The notes under the pieces: model-generated | Database searches by the model: none | What the model saw: the letters and a program-made list of their open reading frames with translations, nothing else | Told to the model about the DNA's origin: nothing | Made by a program: the position numbers and the translations under genes | Shown here: positions 30,882 to 41,748 of the stretch, piece by piece | How positions within the stretch are numbered: position 1 is the stretch's first letter | Layout: each line of letters opens with the position of its first letter | Assembly (NCBI GenBank): GCA_963806685.1 | Contig: CAWDZB010000022.1 | Span: 16,360 to 80,359 of the forward strand | From: an uncultured delta proteobacterium | Lineage (GTDB): Bacteria; Desulfobacterota; Desulfuromonadia; Desulfuromonadales; DDH964 | Direction of reading: 5' to 3' | DNA: 64,000 bases

Positions 30882-31826
30882 TCATTCTCCCAGCATCGTC
30901 CCTGCCGGCAACGGCCGGCCGCGCAGAAACTCGGCGGCCGCGAGGCGCTTCTTGCCCGGGAGCTGCAGCGCCCCGACCTTCAGCACCCCGCCGCCGCAGA
31001 CCACCCGCACCCCGTCGGCGGCCGCGGAGAGCACCGTCCCCGGTTCGCCGCCGCCGTCCACGGGCGCGGTGGCGGCGAGCTTCAGGATCTCGCCTTCCAG
31101 GGTGGTGTAGGCTCCGGGCCAGGGATCGAGGCCGCGCACCTGGTTGTGGATCTCCCCCGCGCTGCGGCTCCAGTCGATGCGCCCGTCCTCTTTCTTCAGC
31201 ATCGGCGCGTAGCAGCTCTGGCTGTCATCCTGCTTTTCCGGCTGCAGGGTCCCGGCGCAAAGGCGGCGCAGCGTCTCCTCCATGGTCTCCCGGCCAAGCA
31301 GCGCCAGGCGGTCGTGGAGATCGCCGGCCGTTTCAAAAGGCCCGATCGGGGTGGCGCGCCTGACCAGCATGTCTCCAGTGTCGAGGCCTACATCCATGAG
31401 CATGGTGGTGATGCCGGTTTCGCTCTCGCCGTCGATGATCGCCTTGTTGATCGGCGCGGCCCCCCGGTAAGCGGGAAGGAGCGAAGCGTGGACGTTGATG
31501 CAGCCGTGGCGGGGAATCTCCAGCACGCTCTTGGGCAGGATCTGGCCGTAGGCGACGACCACGATCAGCTCGGGAGCCAGCGCCCGCAGCTCTTCGACCA
31601 CCTCCGGCGCCCGCAGCTTGAGGGGCTGGTGGACCGGGATGCTGCGGGACTCGGCCAGCACCTTGACCGGCGGCGGAGTCAATTTTTTGCCGCGGCCGCT
31701 GGGCCGGTCGGGTTGGGTGTAGGCGGCGACCACGTTCAGGCCGAATTCGAGCAGCCCCTCGAAGGTCGCCAGGGCGAACTCCGGAGTGCCCATGAAGACG
31801 GTACGGATTTCCCTGGGATCGATCAC
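30882..31826 (-). CDS. fmt: Methionyl-tRNA formyltransferase
   Basis: FMGTPEFA, TQPDRP, INVHASLLP.YRGAAP; GTG start overlapping the def stop. Confidence 0.97.
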   Translation of the reverse strand: MIDPREIRTVFMGTPEFALATFEGLLEFGLNVVAAYTQPDRPSGRGKKLTPPPVKVLAESRSIPVHQPLKLRAPEVVEELRALAPELIVVVAYGQILPKSVLEIPRHGCINVHASLLPAYRGAAPINKAIIDGESETGITTMLMDVGLDTGDMLVRRATPIGPFETAGDLHDRLALLGRETMEETLRRLCAGTLQPEKQDDSQSCYAPMLKKEDGRIDWSRSAGEIHNQVRGLDPWPGAYTTLEGEILKLAATAPVDGGGEPGTVLSAAADGVRVVCGGGVLKVGALQLPGKKRLAAAEFLRGRPLPAGTMLGE

Positions 31827-32341
31827 AACTGCTCCCGCTGTTGTTCCATGATTTTCTTGTATTTTTTGCGGAACAGGCTCTTTTTGAGGGGGGAAAGATG
31901 GTCGACGAACAGGATGCCGTCGAGGTGGTCGATCTCGTGCTGGAAGCAGACCGCCCAAAGCCCCTCGACTGCGCATTCCTGCATCTGCCCCTCCAGATCG
32001 AGATAGCGCACCGTGACCCGGGCGCTGCGCTCTACCTTAGCGTAGTATTCGGGGACCGACAGGCACCCCTCCTCTTCGCAGCTCTCTCCCTCGCGGTCAA
32101 TGATCTCCGGGTTGATCGCGGTGATCAGCTGCCGCGGCTCTTCCTTGCCGGCGCAATCGAGCACGATGAGGCGCCGGGAAACGCCGACCTGCGGAGCCGC
32201 CAGGCCAACGCCTGGCGCAGCATACATCGTCTCCGCCATGTCGGCGGCGAGACGCTTCAGTTCGTCGTCGATCCCGCTCACCGGCGCCGCCGGCTGCTTG
32301 AGGACCGGTTCCGGGTAGTGAAAGATGCGCAGAATGGCCAT
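31823..32341 (-). CDS. def: Peptide deformylase
   Basis: GVGLAAPQ, EGCLS, QHEIDHLDG. Confidence 0.98.
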   Translation of the reverse strand: MAILRIFHYPEPVLKQPAAPVSGIDDELKRLAADMAETMYAAPGVGLAAPQVGVSRRLIVLDCAGKEEPRQLITAINPEIIDREGESCEEEGCLSVPEYYAKVERSARVTVRYLDLEGQMQECAVEGLWAVCFQHEIDHLDGILFVDHLSPLKKSLFRKKYKKIMEQQREQL

Positions 32342-32531
32342 CTTTTCGTCCTGTCTGCAAGGGATTGGGGCCGGGCGGCGCCGGCGCGTTCAAAGGCTTA
32401 ATGATACGAGGAGCTCGGACCGAAAGTCAACCGCCGGAAGTGGGCCGTAATCCACAGCCTTTGCCATCCAAGAAACGACAGCGGCGGAGCCGTGTCCGAC
32501 TCCGCCGCTATCCTGCCTACAAACTCCCGGG

Positions 32532-35264
32532 TCAGGGGGCCGGGGAGACGACGTAGGGGCGCATCATCTCATTGTCCTCATGTTCGAGGATGTGGCAATG
32601 CCAGACGTAGAGCCCGGGGATGTCGAACTTGGCCTTGACGGTGGTAATTTCACCGGGATAGGCGATGACCATGTCCTTGTAGGAGGTTTCCCACGGCTGC
32701 ACACTCCCCTGCGGGCTCGGGGTCGTTCCATCCATCAAGGTCCGCCCCATCACCTCGAAACGCACCAGATGAAGGTGAATGGGGTGAGCGTCCTCGGTGA
32801 AATTGTAGATCTGCCACTCCTCGGTATCGCCGACCGAGGGGTTTTCCGTGACCTTGATCTGCACAACGGAGCCGTCAGCCAGTTGCACGTCGGCCGGGGT
32901 GCTCGTGCCTGAGTTGTCAGTCCAGCGCAGGGGTACGCCCGCCGGATTGCTGGGATCAGCCAGATCCACGGTGCCCAGCAGGGCCGCCTTCGGGGCGAAG
33001 GGCACACCTCCCGCAGCCTCGCAATCGGCGACAAAGCGCAAATCATCCATGGGGATGCTCGGATCGGCAGGTGTAATGCCATCGAGCTGCAGGATGGCCG
33101 TTCCCCCGAAGCCGGTCACCACGCAGACCTGGTTCGACTCCTCTTCGTTGAGAGAGACCTGCCGGGTCCGGGTGGGTGCTCCCAACGCCGGTTCGGGGTT
33201 CAGGACCAGATTTTCCATGGCCGTCGCAGGGGTCGCCCCACCCGGGTCAGTGGGGCTGGCGCCGGTCAGGGCGGAGTTGACGATGAACTCCATGACCTGA
33301 CCGGTGGTCAACGGATCGGCCACGGCGTCTTCCCCCGGCAGACCGTTGAAGCCACCGAAGGGGTCATCCGGGGCGGTGTTGATCATGCGCACCACGGTTC
33401 CATCGGGGAGCCCGGAAAAGTCGACGATGACGTCAGGGCGTTCGGCCGGAGCCATCAGCAGGGCCTGATCCGGATCAAGGGCGGGGGCGTCCGCCGGCAC
33501 GGTGCCGTCGCCTGGCAGGGTTGTCGCGTAGCCGGTGGAAACCTTCACGACCTTGGGCAAGGGACCCTGCTCGTAGCCCATCACGTAAAAGGGGAGTTCC
33601 TGGCTCGCGTCGGTCCGGCCGGTGGCGGGATCGACGACCAATAGCGCCAGGTTCAGGAAGCGGGAGTTGCACCCGTTGAGCAAGCGGAAGCGGTATTTTG
33701 CCTGGGCGACCTCCAATTTGGGCCAACTGACGCCATTAACCACCATCACGTTAAAGAACGCTTCGGGGTTCCACAAGGGTGCGATATCCGAGTCGGGATC
33801 GAAATTGATCAGCAGGTCGGAAGGGCTCTCCAGACCCTCGAAGAAGGAACGGGTGGCGGGATAGAAAAACGATCCGTCGGCATTGAAGGAGCGGTCCTGG
33901 ATCGCGATCGGGATTTCCCGAATGGCGTTCCTGACCGGGTCCCCGGGAGTGTTCACCGCGAGGGTGGCGTCTCCCGCCCGCGGTGCCGGACCGGGGAGGA
34001 CCCCGTCATTGGGCGCTCCGGCGGTGCTGGAGTCGTCGACGGCATCGGGTACCGTCGGCCCGCCGCCAGCGTCGGTATGGTCGCCCCGGATCAACCAGAA
34101 ACCGGCCAGGCCGGCATAGACGTTGGTGCGCGTCATGCCCAGAGCATGGTCATGGTACCAGAGGGTGGTCGCAGTCTGGTCGTTGCGATAGAGGTAGTCG
34201 GCGAAGCCGAGGTTCCCGGGGTTGCTGCCCGTCGAGTCGCCGAACAGATCCCCCTTGGTGGCGTAACCGGCGGGAATATTATTGGCGGCCGGCAGCCACC
34301 AGGCTTCGGGGTAGCCGTCGCTGGTCCATTCGACGTGCGCGCCGTGCAGGTGGGTGACGATGGGAACCGGTCCTGTATAGGGTTCCTGGTCGTCGCCCAT
34401 GCAGTCGGTGGCGGTCCGCCCGTCGGCGCAGTCCTGCGGCGGGTTGGCCCAGTGCAGGGTCTGGTCGACAATGAACAGCGGCGGCAGGTAATTGTCGTTG
34501 GCATCGACCAGATCGTTGATCCAGCGCACCTTCACCGGCACGTCTGCCTGCGTTTCAATGGTGAACCCGGGGTAGTTGAACTGGGAATTGCCCGCCGGGG
34601 CAATCCCGGCCCCGCCGCCGAGGGCACTGGAGTCGGGGACTGGATCGGCATCCGGCCCGTAGCCCCACACCGTCGTCGCCGGGAAGGCGTCGGCGCGGCC
34701 GTCGAGGGTGTTCCAGAGCCCCCCCGGCAGGATTTGCTGCTTGAACTGGCGCACGGCGATGCTGTAGTTGTCAGCCGTGCCGTTGTTGTTCATCACCGGC
34801 GGAATGACCAGCGGGGTGACGTACTTGGGGATGGAAAGGGGATCGAGAGTCCCACCCGGCAGGGGTACCGAGTTGTCCACCGTGGTATCGGGAAGGACTT
34901 GCACGGAAACGACGGCGCTGGCGCTCAACAGGCCGTCGCTGACCATGCAGGTCACCGCGTGGGTGCCGATCTCGTCGTAGGTCGGCGTCCAGGTGAAGGC
35001 CCCGGTCAGAGAATCGATGGCGGCCCCCTGCGGAGCACCCTGCAGTTCATAGTGGAGGATGGTCCCCGAATCGGGGTCGCTCCCCACCGCGGTGAAGGAG
35101 AGGGTCTGCCCCTCCGTTACCGTCTGAGAGGCCGGAACCGAAACTGCCGGGGCCTGGTCACTGCGATTGCTGTCGCCGCCACAGGCCGTCAGCGACAACC
35201 CTGCTGCGATAACAGCGCCGAGCCAGGCAAAGCGCCTGGCAATCGTTGTACTGCTTCTCATCAT
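32532..35264 (-). CDS. Lipoprotein multicopper oxidase (CotA/bilirubin-oxidase-like) with N-terminal Ig/cadherin-like domain
   Basis: Lipobox LTAC; GAAIDSLTGAFTWTP Ig motif; copper motifs THLHG, WYHDH, HPIHLH, WHCHILEHEDNEMM. Confidence 0.92.
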   Translation of the reverse strand: MMRSSTTIARRFAWLGAVIAAGLSLTACGGDSNRSDQAPAVSVPASQTVTEGQTLSFTAVGSDPDSGTILHYELQGAPQGAAIDSLTGAFTWTPTYDEIGTHAVTCMVSDGLLSASAVVSVQVLPDTTVDNSVPLPGGTLDPLSIPKYVTPLVIPPVMNNNGTADNYSIAVRQFKQQILPGGLWNTLDGRADAFPATTVWGYGPDADPVPDSSALGGGAGIAPAGNSQFNYPGFTIETQADVPVKVRWINDLVDANDNYLPPLFIVDQTLHWANPPQDCADGRTATDCMGDDQEPYTGPVPIVTHLHGAHVEWTSDGYPEAWWLPAANNIPAGYATKGDLFGDSTGSNPGNLGFADYLYRNDQTATTLWYHDHALGMTRTNVYAGLAGFWLIRGDHTDAGGGPTVPDAVDDSSTAGAPNDGVLPGPAPRAGDATLAVNTPGDPVRNAIREIPIAIQDRSFNADGSFFYPATRSFFEGLESPSDLLINFDPDSDIAPLWNPEAFFNVMVVNGVSWPKLEVAQAKYRFRLLNGCNSRFLNLALLVVDPATGRTDASQELPFYVMGYEQGPLPKVVKVSTGYATTLPGDGTVPADAPALDPDQALLMAPAERPDVIVDFSGLPDGTVVRMINTAPDDPFGGFNGLPGEDAVADPLTTGQVMEFIVNSALTGASPTDPGGATPATAMENLVLNPEPALGAPTRTRQVSLNEEESNQVCVVTGFGGTAILQLDGITPADPSIPMDDLRFVADCEAAGGVPFAPKAALLGTVDLADPSNPAGVPLRWTDNSGTSTPADVQLADGSVVQIKVTENPSVGDTEEWQIYNFTEDAHPIHLHLVRFEVMGRTLMDGTTPSPQGSVQPWETSYKDMVIAYPGEITTVKAKFDIPGLYVWHCHILEHEDNEMMRPYVVSPAP

Positions 35265-35562
35265 CACACCTCCGAAATTGAAAATGAGCAGGAGTTCTGG
35301 TGCAACTTCCCCCCAAAGCCGCGGCGAAACAAAAAAATCGCAAGCTATTAAGGGGGGACCAAGCTTCCAATTTTCCGTCGACCGTTGGCAGGACGGCCGC
35401 CCCAGTACTTTTGGATTAAAATCTAGATGGGTATGACAGGCTGTCAAACAAATCAATGACTTTTCGAATCACGAATCCCCCCTTTCGACGACAGTATTAG
35501 ATCGCTGACAGGGGATGGTGGCACTTTTTGAATTGCATAGGTTCAGAATGGAGGAAGCCGCA

Positions 35563-35579
35563 TGCAAAAAAAACGCCAA
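35563..35579 (-). promoter_or_regulatory. sigma54 (-24/-12) promoter facing the multicopper oxidase
   Basis: TTGGCGTTTTTTTTGCA with exact GG-N10-GC spacing. Confidence 0.6.
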
Positions 35580-36045
35580 GCACTGACCTTGCGTGAAGCT
35601 GGAGTTTTGTTGCCTTAAAGAAAGGGATTGACCGGGGGAGGCGAATGGGCATCGCGGTTATGGCCAAAAAGGGATGCTGAGAGCGACCTCGCTACCGGGG
35701 AGCCCCCACTCCTGGCATCAAAAATGGGAATTGATTAGGCGAGAGCTGAGCCGGAGTCCATACACACCTGGCACATCGATGAAACCTTGAGGAAAGGGTG
35801 CAAAAAAACAGTTAAAAAGCAAAAAACAATCGATCCGAGCGTTCTAGAAGATACTTTCCTGCCCTTCCTGCAGAGTGTCCCCATTGCCCCGGAAACAGTC
35901 AGAAGAAAAGGCCAACCGCCGGCACACCGGGAGGTTGGCCCCACCCGTATCCGGCAATCCTTGAGATAATCCCAACGACAAACCGCCCGGGGCACAGGGC
36001 CACGGGCGATTTGCGTTTGTTCGGCGGGGCTGGAGAAGGGCCGGC

Positions 36046-36918
36046 TCAGCGCTTGAGCGCAGCCTGCATCGCCTCGCCCATCTTGGTCGGACTGGTGGCG
36101 ACGGTGACTCCGCACTCGGTGAGGGCGGCGATCTTGTCCTCGGCGCGCCCCTTGCCGCCGGAAATGATCGCCCCGGCATGCCCCATGCGCTTGCCCGGAG
36201 GGGCGGTGACCCCGGCGATGAAGGCGGCTACCGGTTTCATCATGTTGGCCTGGACCCAGCGGGCGGCCTCCTCCTCGGCACCGCCGCCGATCTCGCCAAT
36301 CATGAACACCCCCTGGGTTTCGGGGTCCTCGTTGAAGAGCTGCAGCACGTCGATGAACTTCATGCCGATGATCGGGTCGCCGCCGATGCCGACGCAGGTC
36401 GACTGGCCGAGGCCCATGTCGGTGAGCTGCTTAACCGCCTCGTAGGTAAGGGTGCCGGAGCGGGAGACGACCCCTATCTTGCCGGGCTTGTGGATGTAGC
36501 CGGGCATGATCCCGACCTTGCACTGGCCGGGGGTGATCAGGCCCGGGCAGTTGGGGCCGATCAGCCGGGTTTTGGTGGTGTCGATGAAGCGTTTGGCCAG
36601 CACCATGTCGCGCACCGGCACCCCCTCGGTGATGCAGACCACCAACGGCACCTTGGCCTCGCAGGCCTCGAGGATGGCATCGGCGGCCCCGGGGGGCGGG
36701 ACGAAGATCATCGACACATCGGCGCCGCTGACCCGCACCGCCTCCTCGACGGTGTCGAAGACCGGGATCCCCTCGACGTGGATGCCGCCCTTGCCGGGGG
36801 TGACCCCGGCGACGATCTGTGAGCCGTAGTCACGGCACTGCTTGGCGTGGAAGAGGCCGGCCTTGCCGGTAATCCCCTGGACCAGAATCTTCGATTTTTT
36901 ATTGAGCAGAATCGCCAT
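36046..36918 (-). CDS. sucD: Succinyl-CoA synthetase alpha subunit
   Basis: [34 protein letters not shown]. Confidence 0.97.
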   Translation of the reverse strand: MAILLNKKSKILVQGITGKAGLFHAKQCRDYGSQIVAGVTPGKGGIHVEGIPVFDTVEEAVRVSGADVSMIFVPPPGAADAILEACEAKVPLVVCITEGVPVRDMVLAKRFIDTTKTRLIGPNCPGLITPGQCKVGIMPGYIHKPGKIGVVSRSGTLTYEAVKQLTDMGLGQSTCVGIGGDPIIGMKFIDVLQLFNEDPETQGVFMIGEIGGGAEEEAARWVQANMMKPVAAFIAGVTAPPGKRMGHAGAIISGGKGRAEDKIAALTECGVTVATSPTKMGEAMQAALKR

Positions 36919-36953
36919 CTGCAGAGCTCCTTCTCGGATAGGTTCAGGGGGAA

Positions 36954-38138
<1,185 letters not shown>

Positions 38139-38313
38139 AGGCTCCTCTTCCCTGGTTGAAGGTCGCCGTCCGCTGACGGCGTGATATGCTGGCGGGGTAT
38201 CACAGCAAGGTCGATACCAAGAGGAAAACGGCTGTCCATCCGGCCCTTTGTGGAATTTCCTGGGCGATGGCCGGGACTCGTGTTGGCGAGAGTTCGCCAC
38301 TAATGGCGAAAAC

Positions 38314-38324
38314 TGGTATGACCA
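38314..38324. promoter_or_regulatory. GntR/FadR-type operator downstream of the sucC promoter (second site at 38457-38467)
   Basis: TGGT-ATG-ACCA palindrome; second copy TGGT-CTG-ACCT. Confidence 0.6.
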
Positions 38325-38338
38325 TTTTCGACAGATTC

Positions 38339-38367
38339 TTTATAGAGCGCCAAAAATCACCTGTCAA
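38339..38367 (-). promoter_or_regulatory. sigma70 promoter of sucCD
   Basis: TTGACA-N17-TATAAA. Confidence 0.8.
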
Positions 38368-38684
38368 CCCTAATTTTTTTAGCAAAAATAAAGTATCCGA
38401 TCAAATTTCCGCCAAAATGGCATTTTCTACTCCCCGAGGGGGCGTGAAGTAAAAAATGGTCTGACCTGCCATGCCCACCGCCTGGACATCCGCCTGGATG
38501 GCCAATCACCTGCCGCCCTACCAGTTCATGCAACGGCCATTTCAGCCATTCCTTTCCGCCTTGGCCTTCCCCGCCGGCCGGACAGTCGGCGCAAAAAAGC
38601 CGGCCCGCCAACCGCCTCCGCTACGAATTCTAGCAGAGGAGGGCCGGCGGGCCAGTGCGAGGGAGCAGGTTGAAAGCGGAGGCG

Positions 38685-39332
38685 CTACTTGCGGGCTTTC
38701 TTCCAGTCGGCGAGAAACCTCTCGATGCCGACGTCGGTCAGCGGATGTTTGGCCAACTGCTGCATGACCGAAAAAGGGATGGTGCAGATATCGGCGCCGA
38801 TCAGCGCCGCGTTGAGCACATGCAGCGGACCACGCACCGAGGCGACGATGATCTCGGTGGCGTAGCCGTAGTTGTCGAAGATGGTGCGAATCTGCTCGAC
38901 ACCCTCCATACCGTCGTGGCCGACGTCGTCGAGGCGGCCGACGAAGGGAGAGACGTAGGTCGCACCAGCCTTGGCGGCGAGCAAAGCCTGCAGGGGCGAG
39001 AAGACCAGGGTGACGTTGGTCTTGATCCCTTCCTCGGTGAAAATGTGCGTGGCCTTGAGCCCTTCGGGGGTCATCGGTACCTTGATGACGATGTTCTTCG
39101 GATGAATTTTCGCCAGCTCCTGCCCCTCGCGGACCATCCCCTCGGCATCGAGGGCGATGACTTCGGCGGAGATCGGGCCGTCGACGATGTCGGTGATCTC
39201 GGTCACCACTTCGCGGAATTCGCGGCCGCTCTTGGCGATCAGCGACGGGTTGGTGGTGACGCCGTCAACCAGTCCCAGATCGTGGGCGGCGCGGATTTCG
39301 CCGACGTCGGCGGTGTCGATGAAGAATTTCAT
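38685..39332 (-). CDS. fsa: Transaldolase / fructose-6-phosphate aldolase family (short type)
   Basis: [33 protein letters not shown]. Confidence 0.9.
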   Translation of the reverse strand: MKFFIDTADVGEIRAAHDLGLVDGVTTNPSLIAKSGREFREVVTEITDIVDGPISAEVIALDAEGMVREGQELAKIHPKNIVIKVPMTPEGLKATHIFTEEGIKTNVTLVFSPLQALLAAKAGATYVSPFVGRLDDVGHDGMEGVEQIRTIFDNYGYATEIIVASVRGPLHVLNAALIGADICTIPFSVMQQLAKHPLTDVGIERFLADWKKARK

Positions 39333-39427
39333 GGTCTGCTCCTAGTGATGTTGATGGTGTTCAGCACCAGGACGCCAGGCCCTGGCTGGTGGGGGATACT
39401 GCAGGGTTGCCGATGTTGCCGGCGGGT

Positions 39428-39679
39428 TCAATCCTTGCCGCGGTAGGCGTCGCGACAGGCGGCCGAGCAGAAATAATGGCGTTTGCCGCCGACCACCGCG
39501 CTCAGCGCATCGCCGCGAGGGAGGAAGGTCCCGCACTGGGGATCGCGCACCATCTCCTCCCCCTCCCGGGTCCGTGCCGGCGGCGGCGCTGGACGGTGGC
39601 CGAAGAGCACCCTCGCCAGGCTTGTGAAAAATTTATAACCGAGATAGAACAACAGTCCCAGCAGCAACAGACGGATCAT
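39428..39679 (-). CDS. Small membrane-anchored TRASH/YHS-like protein
   Basis: TM helix, MVRDPQCG...YFCSAAC. Confidence 0.8.
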   Translation of the reverse strand: MIRLLLLGLLFYLGYKFFTSLARVLFGHRPAPPPARTREGEEMVRDPQCGTFLPRGDALSAVVGGKRHYFCSAACRDAYRGKD

Positions 39680-39683
39680 GGCA

Positions 39684-40205
39684 TCACCATTCGGTGTTCA
39701 GCCGCTCGACCCGGCTCGGGTCGGCGAGCTCGGTCAACAGTCGGTCCAGCCTTACGCCGAAGACCGGGTGGGAGAGCTGCGGCGCCAGTTCGCAGATCGG
39801 TGCGAGGACGAAGCGGCGCAGGTGCAGGCGCGGGTGGGGAACGGTCAGTTCGGGGGTTTCAAGGGCCAGGTCGTCGTAGAGCAGCAGGTCGACATCCAGG
39901 GTCCGCGGCCCCCAGCGCAGGGTTCGCCGGCGCCCGAAATGCTCCTCAAGGGCCAGGCAGTGGGCGAGCAGTCGTGCCGGCGGCAGGTCGGTGGCCAGGG
40001 CCACCACGGCATTGAGGTAATCCGGCTGCCCCGTCGGCCCGCCGACCGGCGCCGTGCGGTAGAGGGCCGAACAGGCCAACAGGCGGCTCTGCGGCAGCCG
40101 GACCAGGGCATCCCGCGCGGCCGCCAGGGTCGTCGCCGGGTCACCGAGGTTGGCGCCGAGGCCGAGATAGGCGGTGTGCCCGGGTGGGAACGAAGTTTGC
40201 GCCAT
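39684..40205 (-). CDS. folK: 2-amino-4-hydroxy-6-hydroxymethyldihydropteridine pyrophosphokinase
   Basis: LGLGANLG, YLNAV, WGPRTLDVDLL, PHPRL..RRFVL.P. Confidence 0.95.
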   Translation of the reverse strand: MAQTSFPPGHTAYLGLGANLGDPATTLAAARDALVRLPQSRLLACSALYRTAPVGGPTGQPDYLNAVVALATDLPPARLLAHCLALEEHFGRRRTLRWGPRTLDVDLLLYDDLALETPELTVPHPRLHLRRFVLAPICELAPQLSHPVFGVRLDRLLTELADPSRVERLNTEW

Positions 40206-40311
40206 CGGCCGATTTAACCACAGCCGTCCGCCGGCCGTCAACGTGCCAACCTTCAGAATCCTTGCGGCCCGCCTTTGGCCATGCTAATAACGGGCGAACA
40301 AGGAGCTGCCG

Positions 40312-40719
40312 ATGCCCGAAACCCTGACCGTGACCCTGGCCGTTGCCGATTTGGCCGCCAGCGAGGAATTCTATGCCGCGACCCTCGGCCTCGCCGTCGA
40401 GCGTTTTGTCCCGCTCCCTGGCCATCCGCCGTTGCTGCTGCTGTGCAGCGGCGACGCCACTCTGCTGTTTCGCGAGGATGCGGTCCTCGAAGCCCTCCAT
40501 CCCGCCGCCCTGCAGAACCTGCAGCGCCACCCCCGCGGCGTCGGCGTCACCCTGGAGCTGACCCTTCCCGATCTGGGAGGAGCCAGGCGCCGACTCGCCC
40601 GGCGCCGCTGGCACCTGGTCTACGAGCTGGAGGACGCTGAATTCGCTCGCGAGGAAATTTGGCTTCACGACCCCGACGGCTACCTTTTGGTCCTGGGGAC
40701 CGCGCCGGACGATCGATGA
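40312..40719 (+). CDS. VOC/glyoxalase family protein
   Basis: LAVADL.ASEEFY...LG, HDPDGY. Confidence 0.8.
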   Translation: MPETLTVTLAVADLAASEEFYAATLGLAVERFVPLPGHPPLLLLCSGDATLLFREDAVLEALHPAALQNLQRHPRGVGVTLELTLPDLGGARRRLARRRWHLVYELEDAEFAREEIWLHDPDGYLLVLGTAPDDR

Positions 40720-40806
40720 AGCACGGCCTCCCCGGGCTGTAATTTCCCCCCGTCCTGGTCTATAATGGCCAACAACAGCCGCCCGCTTCCGGCCACCGGA
40801 ACCCCC

Positions 40807-41748
40807 ATGACACCTGCCAAACACGCTGAAATCCAGAAGGTCATCGACGCCCTGGAGCACCGGGTCCTGCACGGCAAGGAACGGGCGCTGCGGTTGTCGT
40901 TGATCGCCCTTTTGGCCGGTGGGCACATCCTCCTAGAGGATCTCCCCGGACTCGGCAAGACCACCCTGGCCCTGGCCCTCTCGGCGGCGCTGGGACTCTC
41001 CTTCGGCCGCATCCAGTGCACCAGCGACCTGCTCCCTTCCGATATTACCGGACTGTCGATCTTCGAGCGTGACGGCAGCCGCTTCCGCTTCATCGAGGGA
41101 CCGATCTTCAACAACATCCTGCTCGCCGACGAAATCAACCGAGCGATGCCCAAGACCCAGAGCGCCATGCTCGAAGCGATGGAAGAACGCCGGGTGACGG
41201 TGGAGGGGACGACCTACCCCCTGCCGGAACCGTTTCTGGTTATCGCCACCCAGAACCCGGTGGAACAGGTCGGCACTTATCCGCTGCCCGAATCGCAGCT
41301 CGACCGCTTCCTGATCGCCACCGGCATCGGCTACCCCGACGCCGACCTGGAAAAAGCCATCATCCGCCACGGCGGCATCCGCGAGGAGCTGCGCGACATC
41401 GAACCGCTCCTTTCCCGCGAAGACCTGCTCGCGGCGCGGCGCACGGTGCGCGAAGAGATCCAGCTCGGCGAGCTGCTGGTCGACTACATCTACCGCCTGG
41501 TGGCGGCGACCCGCGAGCATCCCTACATTCTTTCCGGCCTGTCGACCCGCGGTGCCCTCAACCTGGCCGCCGCAGCCCGCGCCGCGGCCTACCTGGAGCG
41601 GCGCGACTACGTGATTCCCGAGGACGTGCAGCTGGTCGCGGGGGCGGTCGGCGCCCACCGGCTGATCCTGCGCCCCCAGCACGAGGCCCTTCCCAAGCAG
41701 GAGGTGCTGCAATCGATCGTCGCCAGCGTCCCCGTGCCCCGGGGCTGA
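40807..41748 (+). CDS. MoxR-family AAA+ ATPase
   Basis: GHILLEDLPGLGKT, RIQCTSDLLPSD, LADEINR, ATQNP, PLPESQLDRF. Confidence 0.95.
   Translation: MTPAKHAEIQKVIDALEHRVLHGKERALRLSLIALLAGGHILLEDLPGLGKTTLALALSAALGLSFGRIQCTSDLLPSDITGLSIFERDGSRFRFIEGPIFNNILLADEINRAMPKTQSAMLEAMEERRVTVEGTTYPLPEPFLVIATQNPVEQVGTYPLPESQLDRFLIATGIGYPDADLEKAIIRHGGIREELRDIEPLLSREDLLAARRTVREEIQLGELLVDYIYRLVAATREHPYILSGLSTRGALNLAAAARAAAYLERRDYVIPEDVQLVAGAVGAHRLILRPQHEALPKQEVLQSIVASVPVPRG

Noticed and set aside
35519-35537. Plus-strand TGGCAC...TTGCA as a sigma54 promoter
   Set aside because: Spacing is three bases too long and no plus-strand gene follows.
35970-36025. Possible c-di-GMP (GEMM) riboswitch after sucD
   Set aside because: Only an imperfect hairpin; GEMM GNRA loop/receptor and second stem not found. 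Better explained as a terminator-like structure.
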